This document shows, piece after piece, positions 50,552 to 61,068 of a stretch of 64,000 nucleotides of DNA (the first letter of the stretch is position 1; the number at the start of each line of letters is the position of its first letter). The stretch comes from an uncultured Planctomycetota bacterium (lineage in GTDB: Bacteria; Planctomycetota; Planctomycetia; Pirellulales; Lacipirellulaceae), in contig CAVRBU010000013.1 of NCBI GenBank assembly GCA_963719315.1, forward strand, positions 1-64,000, in the 5' to 3' direction. The translations under genes were made by a program, and so were the position numbers. Below the pieces are notes generated by a model. It had not been told where the DNA came from. It saw only the letters and a list, made by a program, of their open reading frames with translations, and made no database searches.

Positions 50552-51733
50552 CTAATAACGATTCACGCGCCGCAGTAGCCAGATGCCGGCGAGCGCTAGC
50601 ACGATGTTTCCCAACCATACCGATTGCGGCGGAAAGACGCCATTTTTTGCCTGATCGACACTAACCGCTATCAACGGATAGTACACCAGCAGAATCGGCA
50701 AGAAGCAAATGAAGAAGCTGGCGATGAACTCGCTGAATCGCATCCACACGGAAACCGGCACGCCGACCAACACGAAACATAGGCAGCTAAAACCGTTTGC
50801 CCAGCGCCGCCAGGGCTCAGTGTGCAAACGATACAAACGTGTCTTGGCGTTTTCGATTTCCTTGTCGTTCGCTTTCCAGGTAGCGTTGGAAAGCGAGTCA
50901 AAGTCTCCCGTAAGCATGCCGAATGCCGCTTGCGCGATGTTGGCCTGCTCGACTTTCGCGACGACTTGCTCCTGCTCTTTGATCGCCGGGGCAATTTCCG
51001 ACAGCGCGTAGTTCGAGGGACTGCGATTCCTCTGCGTCGAACCGGTTAAGTCTTCGACGGACATGACGTACTCGAACGTGCCGGGGTCACTGTAGTTCAC
51101 CCCGCCAGCGAGCTCAAAGCAGTGGAAACGGATGACGAGTTTTCCCTCGTCCGGCAACAAGTTTAACTCCGCATCCTGGGCCGAAATCGTCCAGGCCGGC
51201 CGGTCGCCTGTAGCTTGCACGATGACGGTAGGCCAGATGAGCTTGTGCCCTTCCACTTCGCGAACTGTGATATTGGCTTTGCCGAGATTGTAGGTATGCC
51301 GCATACGGAGCTGGCCGTAAGTCACTTCCTCGATCGAGGCCAAAAACACCCGCTTTACGCCCATCATTCCCCAGCTCACGGCGACATCGTTGATTACGAC
51401 AGCGATGAAGCTGACGAACGTGGCCAGAATCAGCGTTGGCCATATCAGCGTCATCGGCGATATCCCGAGCGATTTGATGGCGACGATTTCGTTGTACGAC
51501 GCCATGCGGCCGTAGACGCTGGTCGTAGCCAGCAGCATCGTGCCGGGTACTGCGAATTGCATGGCTTGCGGAAGAAGGTACGGCGCCATCCGCAGTAATG
51601 GACCGAGACCAATCCCTTTGTCTACTGCTTCCTTGCCGATCAGCACGATGAAGATCAACAACGTCAAGCCAGTGAGCGTCAACAGGAAGACCTTCAGTAG
51701 GTCGAACAGCACGTAACGCGTCAAAATGCGCAT
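50552..51733 (-). CDS. LptF/LptG-family permease
   Basis: MRILTRY, NEIVAIKSLGIS, WLGN. Confidence 0.9.
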   Translation of the reverse strand: MRILTRYVLFDLLKVFLLTLTGLTLLIFIVLIGKEAVDKGIGLGPLLRMAPYLLPQAMQFAVPGTMLLATTSVYGRMASYNEIVAIKSLGISPMTLIWPTLILATFVSFIAVVINDVAVSWGMMGVKRVFLASIEEVTYGQLRMRHTYNLGKANITVREVEGHKLIWPTVIVQATGDRPAWTISAQDAELNLLPDEGKLVIRFHCFELAGGVNYSDPGTFEYVMSVEDLTGSTQRNRSPSNYALSEIAPAIKEQEQVVAKVEQANIAQAAFGMLTGDFDSLSNATWKANDKEIENAKTRLYRLHTEPWRRWANGFSCLCFVLVGVPVSVWMRFSEFIASFFICFLPILLVYYPLIAVSVDQAKNGVFPPQSVWLGNIVLALAGIWLLRRVNRY

Positions 51734-52015
51734 CGGCAGTTCCAGCAAAGGCAATCTCAGGGCAAAGTTCTGAATATTCTTACGGCGCTCCGCGGGTCGC
51801 ACACTCTAACAGGATCGGCGCAAGTTGAACAACGACAATGAGAACGCGAACCACGCCTCGAAAAGATCACCCTGATCTGCTAGCGTCACCACCAGACTGG
51901 AGTATGAAGATCGAATCGCTGCACTATCATGATCATGGCGGATGGGCATGCCGCAATTGACGGCCTCGCCCAGAACCCCTACAAGCATCGTTTCTAAGAG
52001 ATAAGTCCGCACCAC

Positions 52016-52660
52016 TTGGAGAGAATATCCATGGCATCAGGACGGATGTTGGCCGGCAGCGGACAGTCGATTCTAGATGAAACATTGTGGCAAAAGTTTA
52101 TCAAATTCCTGCTCCATCGCCGTGTGCCGATTACGGCATTCGTGTTCATTGCGCTGATTGTGGAGGACGTAATTAGTCGCGTTCGCCCGCACAGTCTTCT
52201 AAACTTTCGCGATTACTACGCCCTCTTAGGCTTGGGGCTCGTTTTTTCGGGCCTCGGTTTGCGATCGTGGGCGGCAGGAACGCTGCACAAACGCACGCAA
52301 CTCGCCACCAGTGGGCCATACGGCCTTTTCCGCCACCCGCTTTACATCGGGTCGCTGTTCATGATGCTGGGATTTTGCACCCTGATCGGCGACAAGGAAA
52401 ACATCTGGTTCGTTCTGGGACCGATTCTGTTGCTGTATATCTTACGTGCTAATCACGAAGAAAAAATCATCTCGGCCGCCTTCCCGGAACAATGGCCTGC
52501 GTATGCCGATAAGGTCCCGCGTTTTATTCCGCGGAAGTTGCCGACGCAGGTGTTCGCCGATTGGAGTCTTGGCCAGTGGTTAAACAATCGCGAGTACCAG
52601 GCCGTGAGCGCCGTGCTGCTCGGATTGGTGGCCTTGCAAGGGTGGCACATGATGCTCTAA
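52016..52660 (+). CDS. isoprenylcysteine/phospholipid methyltransferase-family membrane protein
   Basis: GPYGLFRHPLYIG, EE, VPRFIP. Confidence 0.85.
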   Translation: MERISMASGRMLAGSGQSILDETLWQKFIKFLLHRRVPITAFVFIALIVEDVISRVRPHSLLNFRDYYALLGLGLVFSGLGLRSWAAGTLHKRTQLATSGPYGLFRHPLYIGSLFMMLGFCTLIGDKENIWFVLGPILLLYILRANHEEKIISAAFPEQWPAYADKVPRFIPRKLPTQVFADWSLGQWLNNREYQAVSAVLLGLVALQGWHMML

Positions 52661-52682
52661 ATGAGCGGTCCGGCACCCTGAA

Positions 52683-53993
52683 TCACAACCGATCCGTAAC
52701 TGCACTAACGGTCGGCCGGCAGTCGCGCAGTTGTCGCATGATGCCGCGAATCGCTTCGCTGTAATGCCGAATTGCAGCAACAAAGTCTGCCCGCTCCGTG
52801 TCGGTTTTGGCCGCGGAACGCGCGGCATCGAATGTTTGCCAATCCACCTTGCCGTTGCCCGTCTCCCGCTCCGGCAGATCGCGCAGCTTGGCTGTAATGT
52901 CGGCCAGAGTCGCCACGAATTTGCTGTTCGGCGCACACTGAATTTTGCGATAGGGTCCATTTCCGTATGGCCCACCGATCGAACCAATGGGTGGACAGAC
53001 CCGGGAACCGCTGGAGCGAAACGCCAGTCCGGCCGCGAGTGCCGCAAGGAACCCTACCGTCGAGCCGATCGCGCCCAGCCAATAATAATTCACAATGCAA
53101 TAGGCTAGCATTGCGAGACACGCTCCAGCCGCAATCCAAATTGGGCCGGTCGGCGAGCGCTGGCCCGCAGGCGTAGATTCGGCGGCACTCTCCAGCGTCG
53201 TAATGCGCGGGACCGCGCCGTCCACTTGAGCGATGACAACGGAGATATTATCCGGCCCACCGCGCAGGTTCGCCAGATCGACGAGCGTATCGGCTGCTTC
53301 TTGCGGACTTAGCGATTGCAGAATCGCGCCAATTTCCTCGTCTTTGACGGGGCCGCTAAGACCATCGCTGCAAAGCAGAAACATGTCGCCGGATTGGGCG
53401 CCGAATGGTCCCTCTAGGTCGACGTGCACCGTCGGGTGCGGGCCGAGCGAACGCGTGATTACGTTCTTGGGGATGTACGCCGGCACATCGGCTTCGGTCA
53501 TTTGTCCCGCGGCCGCCATTTCCCACACCAGGCTGTGATCGAATGTCAACTGCTCCAGCAAATCGACGCGAAGCCGGTAAACGCGGCTGTCTCCGATATG
53601 CGCCACCAACGCGCCTTGCGGCAGCAGGACTAAGCAACTGCACGTCGTCCCCATGCCTTGGAAGCCGATGCTGCTTTGTCCCTTAGCATGAATCGCAGCA
53701 TTCGCGTCGCGGATCGCCTGCCGCAGCGCGGCTGGCGGATAGAGATCGCGAAGCTTGAAATAGTTGTGTGTGATGTTGTCAACGGCGAGCTTGCTGGCCA
53801 ATTCTCCCGCCGCGTGCGCGCCCATGCCGTCGGCCACCATCAACAGGTGTCCGCGCGTGGCCCAAGTGTCCACATCATCTGTCACGAACACTGCCAATGA
53901 ATCTTGATTGTTCGAGCGGCGCATGCCCAAGTCGCTCACTGAAGCGTGCTTCAGGACGAACGTGGGGCAAACTAGGTTGTCGGTCGTTGCCAT
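52683..53993 (-). CDS. PP2C-family Ser/Thr phosphatase with C-terminal TM segments
   Basis: RSNNQD, VADGMG, HIGDSR, CSDGL, GGPDN. Confidence 0.93.
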   Translation of the reverse strand: MATTDNLVCPTFVLKHASVSDLGMRRSNNQDSLAVFVTDDVDTWATRGHLLMVADGMGAHAAGELASKLAVDNITHNYFKLRDLYPPAALRQAIRDANAAIHAKGQSSIGFQGMGTTCSCLVLLPQGALVAHIGDSRVYRLRVDLLEQLTFDHSLVWEMAAAGQMTEADVPAYIPKNVITRSLGPHPTVHVDLEGPFGAQSGDMFLLCSDGLSGPVKDEEIGAILQSLSPQEAADTLVDLANLRGGPDNISVVIAQVDGAVPRITTLESAAESTPAGQRSPTGPIWIAAGACLAMLAYCIVNYYWLGAIGSTVGFLAALAAGLAFRSSGSRVCPPIGSIGGPYGNGPYRKIQCAPNSKFVATLADITAKLRDLPERETGNGKVDWQTFDAARSAAKTDTERADFVAAIRHYSEAIRGIMRQLRDCRPTVSAVTDRL

Positions 53994-54275
53994 GCGCCGG
54001 GTCGGTGAGTGACGGAGTACGGATAGTCGCTAGCACCACTGCTATCGGCAGCAGATAGCGCGCACAGAAAAGTTCCGCTCTAAATGGATAAAATCCCATT
54101 GTATCCCGCGGTCGAAGCCACGGAAACTGCTGAAGTGTGGTCCTCTCGCTCCGCGGAGGTATCTCCTGCTAGCCTAGCGAGTTGGCTTCATTCAGCCGGG
54201 CTGGCTTCTGTGGCGGCACGTTTCTATACTTCGCCCCCTCATCATCGCGATCTTCGCGAGCGCTAGGAGTTTCTT

Positions 54276-54917
54276 ATGGAAAGTGTCGCACGGAGCAGGC
54301 TCGTGGTCCGTGGGCCATTTCGCCTAGTTCCCGGCAACGGCATGCTGCGGACCGCGCTGCTGGTCGCTTTGCTTTTGCCAGCTAACGGATGCGTTCGACG
54401 GCGGTTGAACGTGCGAACGAACCCACCCGGCGCGTTGGTGTACGTCGATAACCAGCAGATCGGCACGACACCCTGCTCAGTGGACTTCACGTACTACGGC
54501 ACGCGCGAAATTCGGCTCATCAAACCGGGCTTTGAAACACTGACCGTGAATCAGCCGATTCCCACGCCGTGGTATCAATATCCGCCGCTGGATTTCATCA
54601 GTGAGAACCTGGTGGCGACCAAGATTCGCGACAATCGCACGGTGACGTACAACCTTGCCCCGCAAGTGATCGTACCGACGCAGGAGTTGGTCGATCGCGC
54701 GAACCAGTTGCGACAGGATGCACTGCAATTCCCGGTGATACAGACTGGAGCAGCGGTACCCATTGTTGGGGCACCGGTGGCGCCCACGATTGTACCGGCG
54801 CCCACACAGGTCATCGCGCCGCCCGCTTCAATACCGCAGCGGCTGCCGGAAGTTTATCCGGCGCCCGTAGGACCGCCTGGTCCAACACCAACGTTGCTGC
54901 CGCCACCGCCAGGCTGA
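54276..54917 (+). CDS. PEGA-domain lipoprotein
   Basis: ANGC lipobox; TNPPGALVYVD...GTTP. Confidence 0.85.
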   Translation: MESVARSRLVVRGPFRLVPGNGMLRTALLVALLLPANGCVRRRLNVRTNPPGALVYVDNQQIGTTPCSVDFTYYGTREIRLIKPGFETLTVNQPIPTPWYQYPPLDFISENLVATKIRDNRTVTYNLAPQVIVPTQELVDRANQLRQDALQFPVIQTGAAVPIVGAPVAPTIVPAPTQVIAPPASIPQRLPEVYPAPVGPPGPTPTLLPPPPG

Positions 54918-54961
54918 TTGACAAGCGGATATTCAAGCGGCTGAGCATGCACTGCGCTTGT

Positions 54962-56179
54962 TTACTTGATAACGCTTGGGTTCACAGCACCACTGATGAT
55001 CCGGCCGGGTTCAGTAGCTACTTTGTCGATGAAAATCCGCGCGTCGTGGACAACGGGTTTCAAGTTGAACAATAGGTCGTCGATGTCGCCTAGCACTTTG
55101 TTCGTGTTAAACATTAGAATATTCAGGTTGTCATAGACCCTCGGATCGTGAATCAGCTTCCCGATCGAGCCGTCGCGATTGTTTAGCGCATGGGCGACTT
55201 CGCCGAGATCGTGGACGAGTTGATCCAGTCCGTCGACCGCTTTGATGATCGAATCGGCCACTTGCGGCCCCTTTTGCCCCAGCGGTTCCGTGAAGGCTTC
55301 CAGATTCTTGAAATTCTTCTCCGCCGATTGCAGCACGACGCGAGAATCGCGCAATGTTACACGGAATTCGTGGATGGCGTCGGGCAGTTCGTCGAGGCCT
55401 TGCCGGATTTTCTGCCGCATTTGCTGCCCGTTAGGCGGCGGTTGCGGGCCAGGAGCTTCTGTGCCCGGAGGCTGAGTGCTCAAAGGTGGCTGTCCAACGC
55501 CGGGCGGGACACCGACGATCGGTTCATCGCCGATAATTTCATTGACTGATTGCATGGTCTGCGCGAACTGGTTCATCGCCTTCTCGGTCGTGTCGAGAAG
55601 GCGCTTCATGCGACCTTGGCCCTCAGGTCCGCTATCTTCTCCGAAAGCATTGTTGATGCGGTTGGCAAGCTTGGCCACTTCGTCGCCCGCTTGCGCCAGC
55701 GAACGACTGGCCGCAGAGAATTCATTCTTCAAATCACCCAGTTGGCCGAGCGAATCGAAAGGATTCGGATCGACGCGGCCTCTGAAGATCGTGCCGTCGG
55801 GAACCGGCTGTGCGCCGGACGCTGGCTGGCGGCTCAAGAAGTCGACGGTTGCATCGCCCAAAACCGTCGTGCGAACGTGGGGCTCGAAATCGGCATATAA
55901 CGGCCGGTTGCCGTCGATTTCGGCTTTCAGTAGCACGCCGCCGTCTTTGTCCTCAATCGACTTCACGCGGCCGATCAGGATCCCATTCTTGCGTACGGGT
56001 GTGTTCGTATCGACGCCGGGCGCCTGCGGCACCTCAATGCCGATTTGGTACTTCGAATGGCCCCATGGCAACCAGCCGGTTGGCAGTGGGCTGTTCAAGC
56101 TCGCCAATAAACCGCCGACGATTATCGTCGCGAAGACGACGACACCGACTCGGAATTGCATTTGTCGTTCGTTCATGGC
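54962..56179 (-). CDS. mlaD: MlaD/MCE-family protein
   Basis: FRVG TM; APGV...PVRKNGILIGRV. Confidence 0.88.
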   Translation of the reverse strand, partial: AMNERQMQFRVGVVVFATIIVGGLLASLNSPLPTGWLPWGHSKYQIGIEVPQAPGVDTNTPVRKNGILIGRVKSIEDKDGGVLLKAEIDGNRPLYADFEPHVRTTVLGDATVDFLSRQPASGAQPVPDGTIFRGRVDPNPFDSLGQLGDLKNEFSAASRSLAQAGDEVAKLANRINNAFGEDSGPEGQGRMKRLLDTTEKAMNQFAQTMQSVNEIIGDEPIVGVPPGVGQPPLSTQPPGTEAPGPQPPPNGQQMRQKIRQGLDELPDAIHEFRVTLRDSRVVLQSAEKNFKNLEAFTEPLGQKGPQVADSIIKAVDGLDQLVHDLGEVAHALNNRDGSIGKLIHDPRVYDNLNILMFNTNKVLGDIDDLLFNLKPVVHDARIFIDKVATEPGRIISGAVNPSVIK

Positions 56180-56253
56180 AGGAAAAGCCATTCGCTGTTA
56201 ACTATTGGCTTTTAGCACAAACCGTATTTTGTTTTCCGGCCAATAGCTAACGG

Positions 56254-57102
56254 CTAATAGCTACTAGTTTGTTCCATTTCAAGGAGGCGCTCGCCCGCTT
56301 CACCGCGAACGAATTGAGAAACCCGTTTGTCCTTTGCTTCGACAATTTCCTCGGGCGTGCCATCGAAAATGATTTGTGATTCGGTTTGCTTTAACCTGGG
56401 GAGCGGGTAGAGCATCACGACACGGTCGGCCACTTTTTGGGCCGTTTTCATGTCGTGAGTAACGACGATGCTGGTGACAGCATTTTGATCGCGCGTGCGC
56501 ATGATGAGCTCGTTGATGACGTCGCTCACGATCGGGTCGAGGCCTGTCGTGGGTTCATCGTAAAGGAGCACTTCGGGGCTCATGACCAGCGCTCGAGCTA
56601 GGCCGACGCGTTTACGCATGCCACCTGAAAGTTGCGCCGGACGTTTACTGAGCACGCTGACAGGTAGCCCGACTTGCTTGAGTCGCTCGGCGACGATTTG
56701 ATTAATTTTTTCGGGTCTCATGCGGCTGTTTTCTCGAAGAGGAAACGCGACGTTGTCGGCAACCGTCATGCTGTCGAAAAGCGCGGCATTTTGAAACAGG
56801 AAGCCGAATCGACCGCGGAGTGTGGTAAGGTCCTTGTCGCCGAGCGAGTCGATTCGCTGGCCGTCGAACACGACATGCCCGCTCGTTGGAAACAGGAGTC
56901 CGATAATCGTCTTCAGTAGAACCGTCTTGCCGCAGCCGCTCTCGCCGATAATGGCCAAAGTCTGCCCGCGTGGAATTGAGAGCGAAATATCGCGCAACAC
57001 CGGTTGCCGGCCAAAGTCGACAGTCAGTTCGCACAGTTCGATCACCGTGTCGACCGGCGGCTTCAGCTTCGAGCCTTTCGGATTGGGAGCGTTGGTTGCC
57101 AT
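56254..57102 (-). CDS. mlaF: ABC transporter ATP-binding protein (MlaF-like)
   Basis: GESGCGKT, LSGGMRKR, YDEPTTGLDP. Confidence 0.92.
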   Translation of the reverse strand: MATNAPNPKGSKLKPPVDTVIELCELTVDFGRQPVLRDISLSIPRGQTLAIIGESGCGKTVLLKTIIGLLFPTSGHVVFDGQRIDSLGDKDLTTLRGRFGFLFQNAALFDSMTVADNVAFPLRENSRMRPEKINQIVAERLKQVGLPVSVLSKRPAQLSGGMRKRVGLARALVMSPEVLLYDEPTTGLDPIVSDVINELIMRTRDQNAVTSIVVTHDMKTAQKVADRVVMLYPLPRLKQTESQIIFDGTPEEIVEAKDKRVSQFVRGEAGERLLEMEQTSSY

Positions 57103-57965
57103 TAACCCATCTCCGGCCACAGCATGGCGTGTACGCGGTCGAGGCCTATGCTGAGGAACAAATCGAGCATCAAAATAATAACGAACGATAAAACAAACGC
57201 CGCCGTGGCGGCGCGGCCCACACCCTCGGCTCCCGGCGCGCAATTGAAGCCTCGGTAACAGCTCACGATGGCAATTGTCGCGCCGAAGAACACGCTTTTA
57301 AAGATGCCATAGAACAAATCCCAGTTATGAACGAATTGCTGCGAATTGTGCCAGTAGTGGTAGGAATCAATGCCGAAGACCTGGACACTGTACATCCAGC
57401 CGCCGACGATGCCCATGAATATGGCCATGATCGTGAGCGATGGAATCATGAGCAGGCAGCCGAGAAAGCGGGGCACTACTAAGTGGTGGATCGGGTTTGC
57501 ACCCATCGAAGTAAGCGCGTCGATCTGCTCGGTGACGCGCATTGTGCCAACCTCGGCTGCGATCGCACTTCCGACGCGGCCGGCCAGCATCGTGGCGGCC
57601 AGTACCGGTCCCAATTCGCGGCACATCGACAGATTGATGAGTGCTCCGAGGCGAGTTTCAAAACCGAACTGCTTAAACTGAGTGTACGACTGCACCGCCA
57701 GCACCATTCCGATGAACGTGCCGGTGAGCGCCACCACAGGGAGGCTCAGTACCCCAATGTTGTAGAATGCGGGAATGAGCGTGTCGCGGCGCGGCAGTCT
57801 CGTAATGAGCCACGACAGCGTTCGCCACATGAACAACGTCATGTCGCCGAGCGTTTCGACCCAGCGAATGACGACGGCCCCGACATCCGCAATCGAATCG
57901 TAGACAGCGGCGATTAGGCCACGTCGAGCGGGGTTAGCAGAAGTATTACTGGATGTACTAGCCAT
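57102..57965 (-). CDS. mlaE: MlaE-family permease
   Basis: RELGPV, AGRVGS, MRVTEQIDAL, GAEGVGRA. Confidence 0.93.
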   Translation of the reverse strand: MASTSSNTSANPARRGLIAAVYDSIADVGAVVIRWVETLGDMTLFMWRTLSWLITRLPRRDTLIPAFYNIGVLSLPVVALTGTFIGMVLAVQSYTQFKQFGFETRLGALINLSMCRELGPVLAATMLAGRVGSAIAAEVGTMRVTEQIDALTSMGANPIHHLVVPRFLGCLLMIPSLTIMAIFMGIVGGWMYSVQVFGIDSYHYWHNSQQFVHNWDLFYGIFKSVFFGATIAIVSCYRGFNCAPGAEGVGRAATAAFVLSFVIILMLDLFLSIGLDRVHAMLWPEMG

Positions 57966-57997
57966 GGGGGCGTTCTCTTGGCTTGCCGGTTGCAACG

Positions 57998-58051
57998 GTA
58001 TGTCAGGCTGTGCCTGACACTGGCCATCTGCCAGGCACAAGCCTGACCTAC
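57998..58051. repeat. REP doublet
   Basis: GTATGTCAGGCTGTGCCTGAC / CCAGGCACAAGCCTGACCTAC. Confidence 0.7.
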
Positions 58052-58476
58052 AGCTATCGCGCAACCGGCGCGCAGCGCCCCCCGGGCGTACGTCCTAATA
58101 CGTCGGCATGCGAAGCTATACCGCTTGAGTAAAGTTTATGGTCGAATGACACTCGGCCAAGCCGCCGAATGGGGAATGCAGTGCTGGCACGTAGCTATGG
58201 GCGGCCCGCCTGTCACGGCAGTTGGCTGGCTCGTGGCCCAGCAGGCGAGCAGCCTACTGCAATGGGAGAATCTATTTGACCTACGCTTACTCTTGCGATT
58301 TTGGTCAATCGCTAAGTAGGAAAGCGGCAGGACAAGGGCCGCAGCAAAGACGGAGCCGTCGCTGGCCGAGAGCAATACCAATCTGCTTTCGTGTTGTGAC
58401 TTGGACCCAGCCCGCGTGTTGACCGCCAAAGAACCGTGCTCAAGAAGAGGCCGTTAATCGCACATTTGGTCCCAGG

Positions 58477-60927
58477 TCAATGGCCTGAGGTTTCGTCATT
58501 TCTGGTCCCCGGCAATGCCAAGAACGTCACCAAGTCGCGAAGGTCGTCGAGCGACAACGTTGCCTGCAATTCTTCGGGCATGATCGATTTCGCCGCTGTT
58601 TGTCGCTCTTCGATCATATCGCTTGACAACGTGAATGTTTTGCCCGCGAAGTCGACATAATCCTCCTGGCCGCTGTCTCCCGCTTTCGGGAGCCGCAGGC
58701 CTGTGTACGTTTTGCCATCCGTTGTCGTGAGCAGCCATGGCTGGTAATCGGGGGCGATCTCGCGGCTGGGCAGCAAGATCGACGTGATGATTCGTTCGCG
58801 CGGCGTGCTGCGGCCAATGTTTGTGAGATCGGGGCCGACGTTGCCGCCGCGGCCACTGTACTTGTGACATACGCTGCATCGGGCGCCAACCGGGTTGAAG
58901 AAGAGGCGGCGGCCAGCGGCCGCGTCGCCCGGGCCAGCCAACAGCTTGTACCAGGCACCGAGGTCGTCCGCGGGAGGCTTCGTTTCCGTGGGAGCCGCCC
59001 ACAATCCGGCGAATCGCAAAGATCGCTTAGCTTCTTGCTGCAGCACGGTGCGATCGCTGGCTGCCAGCTTTTCCAACAAACTCCGGTTCTTCTCCGCGGC
59101 GGCAGCCAGGCCGACAATCGCCGCTGCCCGCACGTCATCCGATTGCGAATTGTCTTGGGCAACCTCGGCCAACAAGGCGAATCGCTTGTCGCTCGACTGC
59201 TCGGCAAGCGTGCGTGCGGCCTCCAACCGCAGCGCCTCGTGATTCGATTGCAAATATTCGCGCAACCGTGCGCTCGTGAGAAACTTGTTGTCCGGTCGCA
59301 AATAGGCAAGTGCAATCGCCTGCGTCTCCGGCGTCCGCCGGTCGTTTATCAGCTCGCTTACGAGCAGCTCATCGGTGAAATCTACGCCGCGATGACCCGG
59401 CTCATGGTCCAACCAATCGACGGCTCCGAGCACGGCCAGGTAGAGTTGCGCACTTTGTTGAGGTCCGTCGAGCAACTTTGCCACGTCATCGCGGAGGGCC
59501 ATAATCCGTTCGTCGGCGATCCACCGGACGGCAAATAGGCGGACATCGTGCGATTCATCGTGGAGAGCATTTCGTAGCAGCAACTTCACATTCGCTGGGC
59601 GATGAAGCCGTGCTGCTTCGAGCTCGCTAAGCCGTAAACGCGGCGTGGGGGCCGGCGCCGTGTTAAGTTCCTTCCTCTGCGACAGTTGCCACACGCCGTG
59701 CGCGTGCACGAACGGGTCGGCCGACTCGGCGTTCTTGACGGCGTCGCCAGCGTCGTCCGAGGCGGCAAGGTCGTCTTTTGAGCGCGGCGGGAATGGGATC
59801 TTCAAGTCACCCGGCGGCAGCACCAGCCGCCAGATTCGCCCGCGGCCATGCACCGGATAGTCGCGGAGCACCCAGTCTGCGAAATAAAGCGAGCCGTCAG
59901 GGGCGATGGCCATGCCGGTGGGACGGAAGTCGGCATCGCCTTGCACGATGATGTCTCGCCTCGCGGTGTAGGAGGCGCCGCGGGGCACGAGTTCGTAACG
60001 CTCGACGCGGTGGTCGCCCCAGCTCGTGACCCACAAGCCGCCGGCGTGGGGCACGATCGCGGTCGGCGCCTCGCCCACGCCGCAGACCATCGGGAGCGTA
60101 CCAGGCAACTCGCCGTTCCAGGCTTGCAGTGGGTGTGTACCGGCTCGGCCGTATTGGTAGAGATAACCGTAGTCGCCACCGGGCACCACATGCAGTAGCC
60201 GGCACGGGGGACTGGCGTCGGGATCATTATCAACCGCAAAGATGCGGCCGTCCGGAAGCACGCAGACGCTAAACGGATTCCACACGCCGCGGGCAAACCG
60301 CCGCAGTTTCGTTCCATCGGCCGTCATGCGGTAGAAGCCATCCTGACCGCCACCATCTTTAATCACCTTACCATCTGCGCTCGTAAGGCGATATGCGTCT
60401 CCGTGGTTCTCGCCGAAACTGATGATCAACGAACCATCGACATCGCGAGCGATGCCGCTAAGGGCATTGTGTGGGTAATCATCCTTCGTCTCCAGGCGCA
60501 AAAGCACCTCCTGCTTGTCGGCAATGCCATCGCCGCTCGTATCTCGAAGCAGGACAACATTGTGGCGAGTCACTAGGTAAACCCCGCCGTCGTCACGGAC
60601 GAGCAAATTCATTGCATGACGAAAGCCCTCAGCAAACGTGCTCCAACGGTCGAGCTTGCCGTCGCTGTCCGAGTCGGACAACATGCGGATACGGTCGCTG
60701 TACGGCCCTTTGTAACCATCGGCCCGCAAGTGGGTGTGAGACTCAACGACCAACAATCGACCCTTGCGATCAAATGCCACACCGATCGGCGTTACGATCA
60801 GCGGATCGGCGGCGATAAGTTCGAGTTTGTAGCCCGCTTTGGCGCGGGGTTCGGCCGATTCGCTGGTGCCGATAACAAACAAGACTACCGTAAGAGCGCA
60901 AACCCATTTCAATATTCTTTTGGCCAT
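58477..60927 (-). CDS. PVC-type heme-binding CxxCH membrane-bound dehydrogenase-domain protein
   Basis: Beta-propeller N-terminus (P.GVAFD..GRL), HEAT repeats, CSVCH...VGPDLT...SIMP. Confidence 0.9.
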   Translation of the reverse strand: MAKRILKWVCALTVVLFVIGTSESAEPRAKAGYKLELIAADPLIVTPIGVAFDRKGRLLVVESHTHLRADGYKGPYSDRIRMLSDSDSDGKLDRWSTFAEGFRHAMNLLVRDDGGVYLVTRHNVVLLRDTSGDGIADKQEVLLRLETKDDYPHNALSGIARDVDGSLIISFGENHGDAYRLTSADGKVIKDGGGQDGFYRMTADGTKLRRFARGVWNPFSVCVLPDGRIFAVDNDPDASPPCRLLHVVPGGDYGYLYQYGRAGTHPLQAWNGELPGTLPMVCGVGEAPTAIVPHAGGLWVTSWGDHRVERYELVPRGASYTARRDIIVQGDADFRPTGMAIAPDGSLYFADWVLRDYPVHGRGRIWRLVLPPGDLKIPFPPRSKDDLAASDDAGDAVKNAESADPFVHAHGVWQLSQRKELNTAPAPTPRLRLSELEAARLHRPANVKLLLRNALHDESHDVRLFAVRWIADERIMALRDDVAKLLDGPQQSAQLYLAVLGAVDWLDHEPGHRGVDFTDELLVSELINDRRTPETQAIALAYLRPDNKFLTSARLREYLQSNHEALRLEAARTLAEQSSDKRFALLAEVAQDNSQSDDVRAAAIVGLAAAAEKNRSLLEKLAASDRTVLQQEAKRSLRFAGLWAAPTETKPPADDLGAWYKLLAGPGDAAAGRRLFFNPVGARCSVCHKYSGRGGNVGPDLTNIGRSTPRERIITSILLPSREIAPDYQPWLLTTTDGKTYTGLRLPKAGDSGQEDYVDFAGKTFTLSSDMIEERQTAAKSIMPEELQATLSLDDLRDLVTFLALPGTRNDETSGH

Positions 60928-61068
60928 AAATTGATAGTCTACCACAACCGAGATGCGTCCGATCAGAATTCGGCGATCTCCCAATTCTTTTATCATTTGC
61001 ATTTTTATCAAAGTACATTAGGATCAACTGATTAGACGTGATTCTATAGCCGCGGACTCAGGACGCTC

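Noticed and set aside
58125..58429. Small ORFs or ncRNA upstream of mlaE
   Set aside because: No recognisable motif, RBS or structure.
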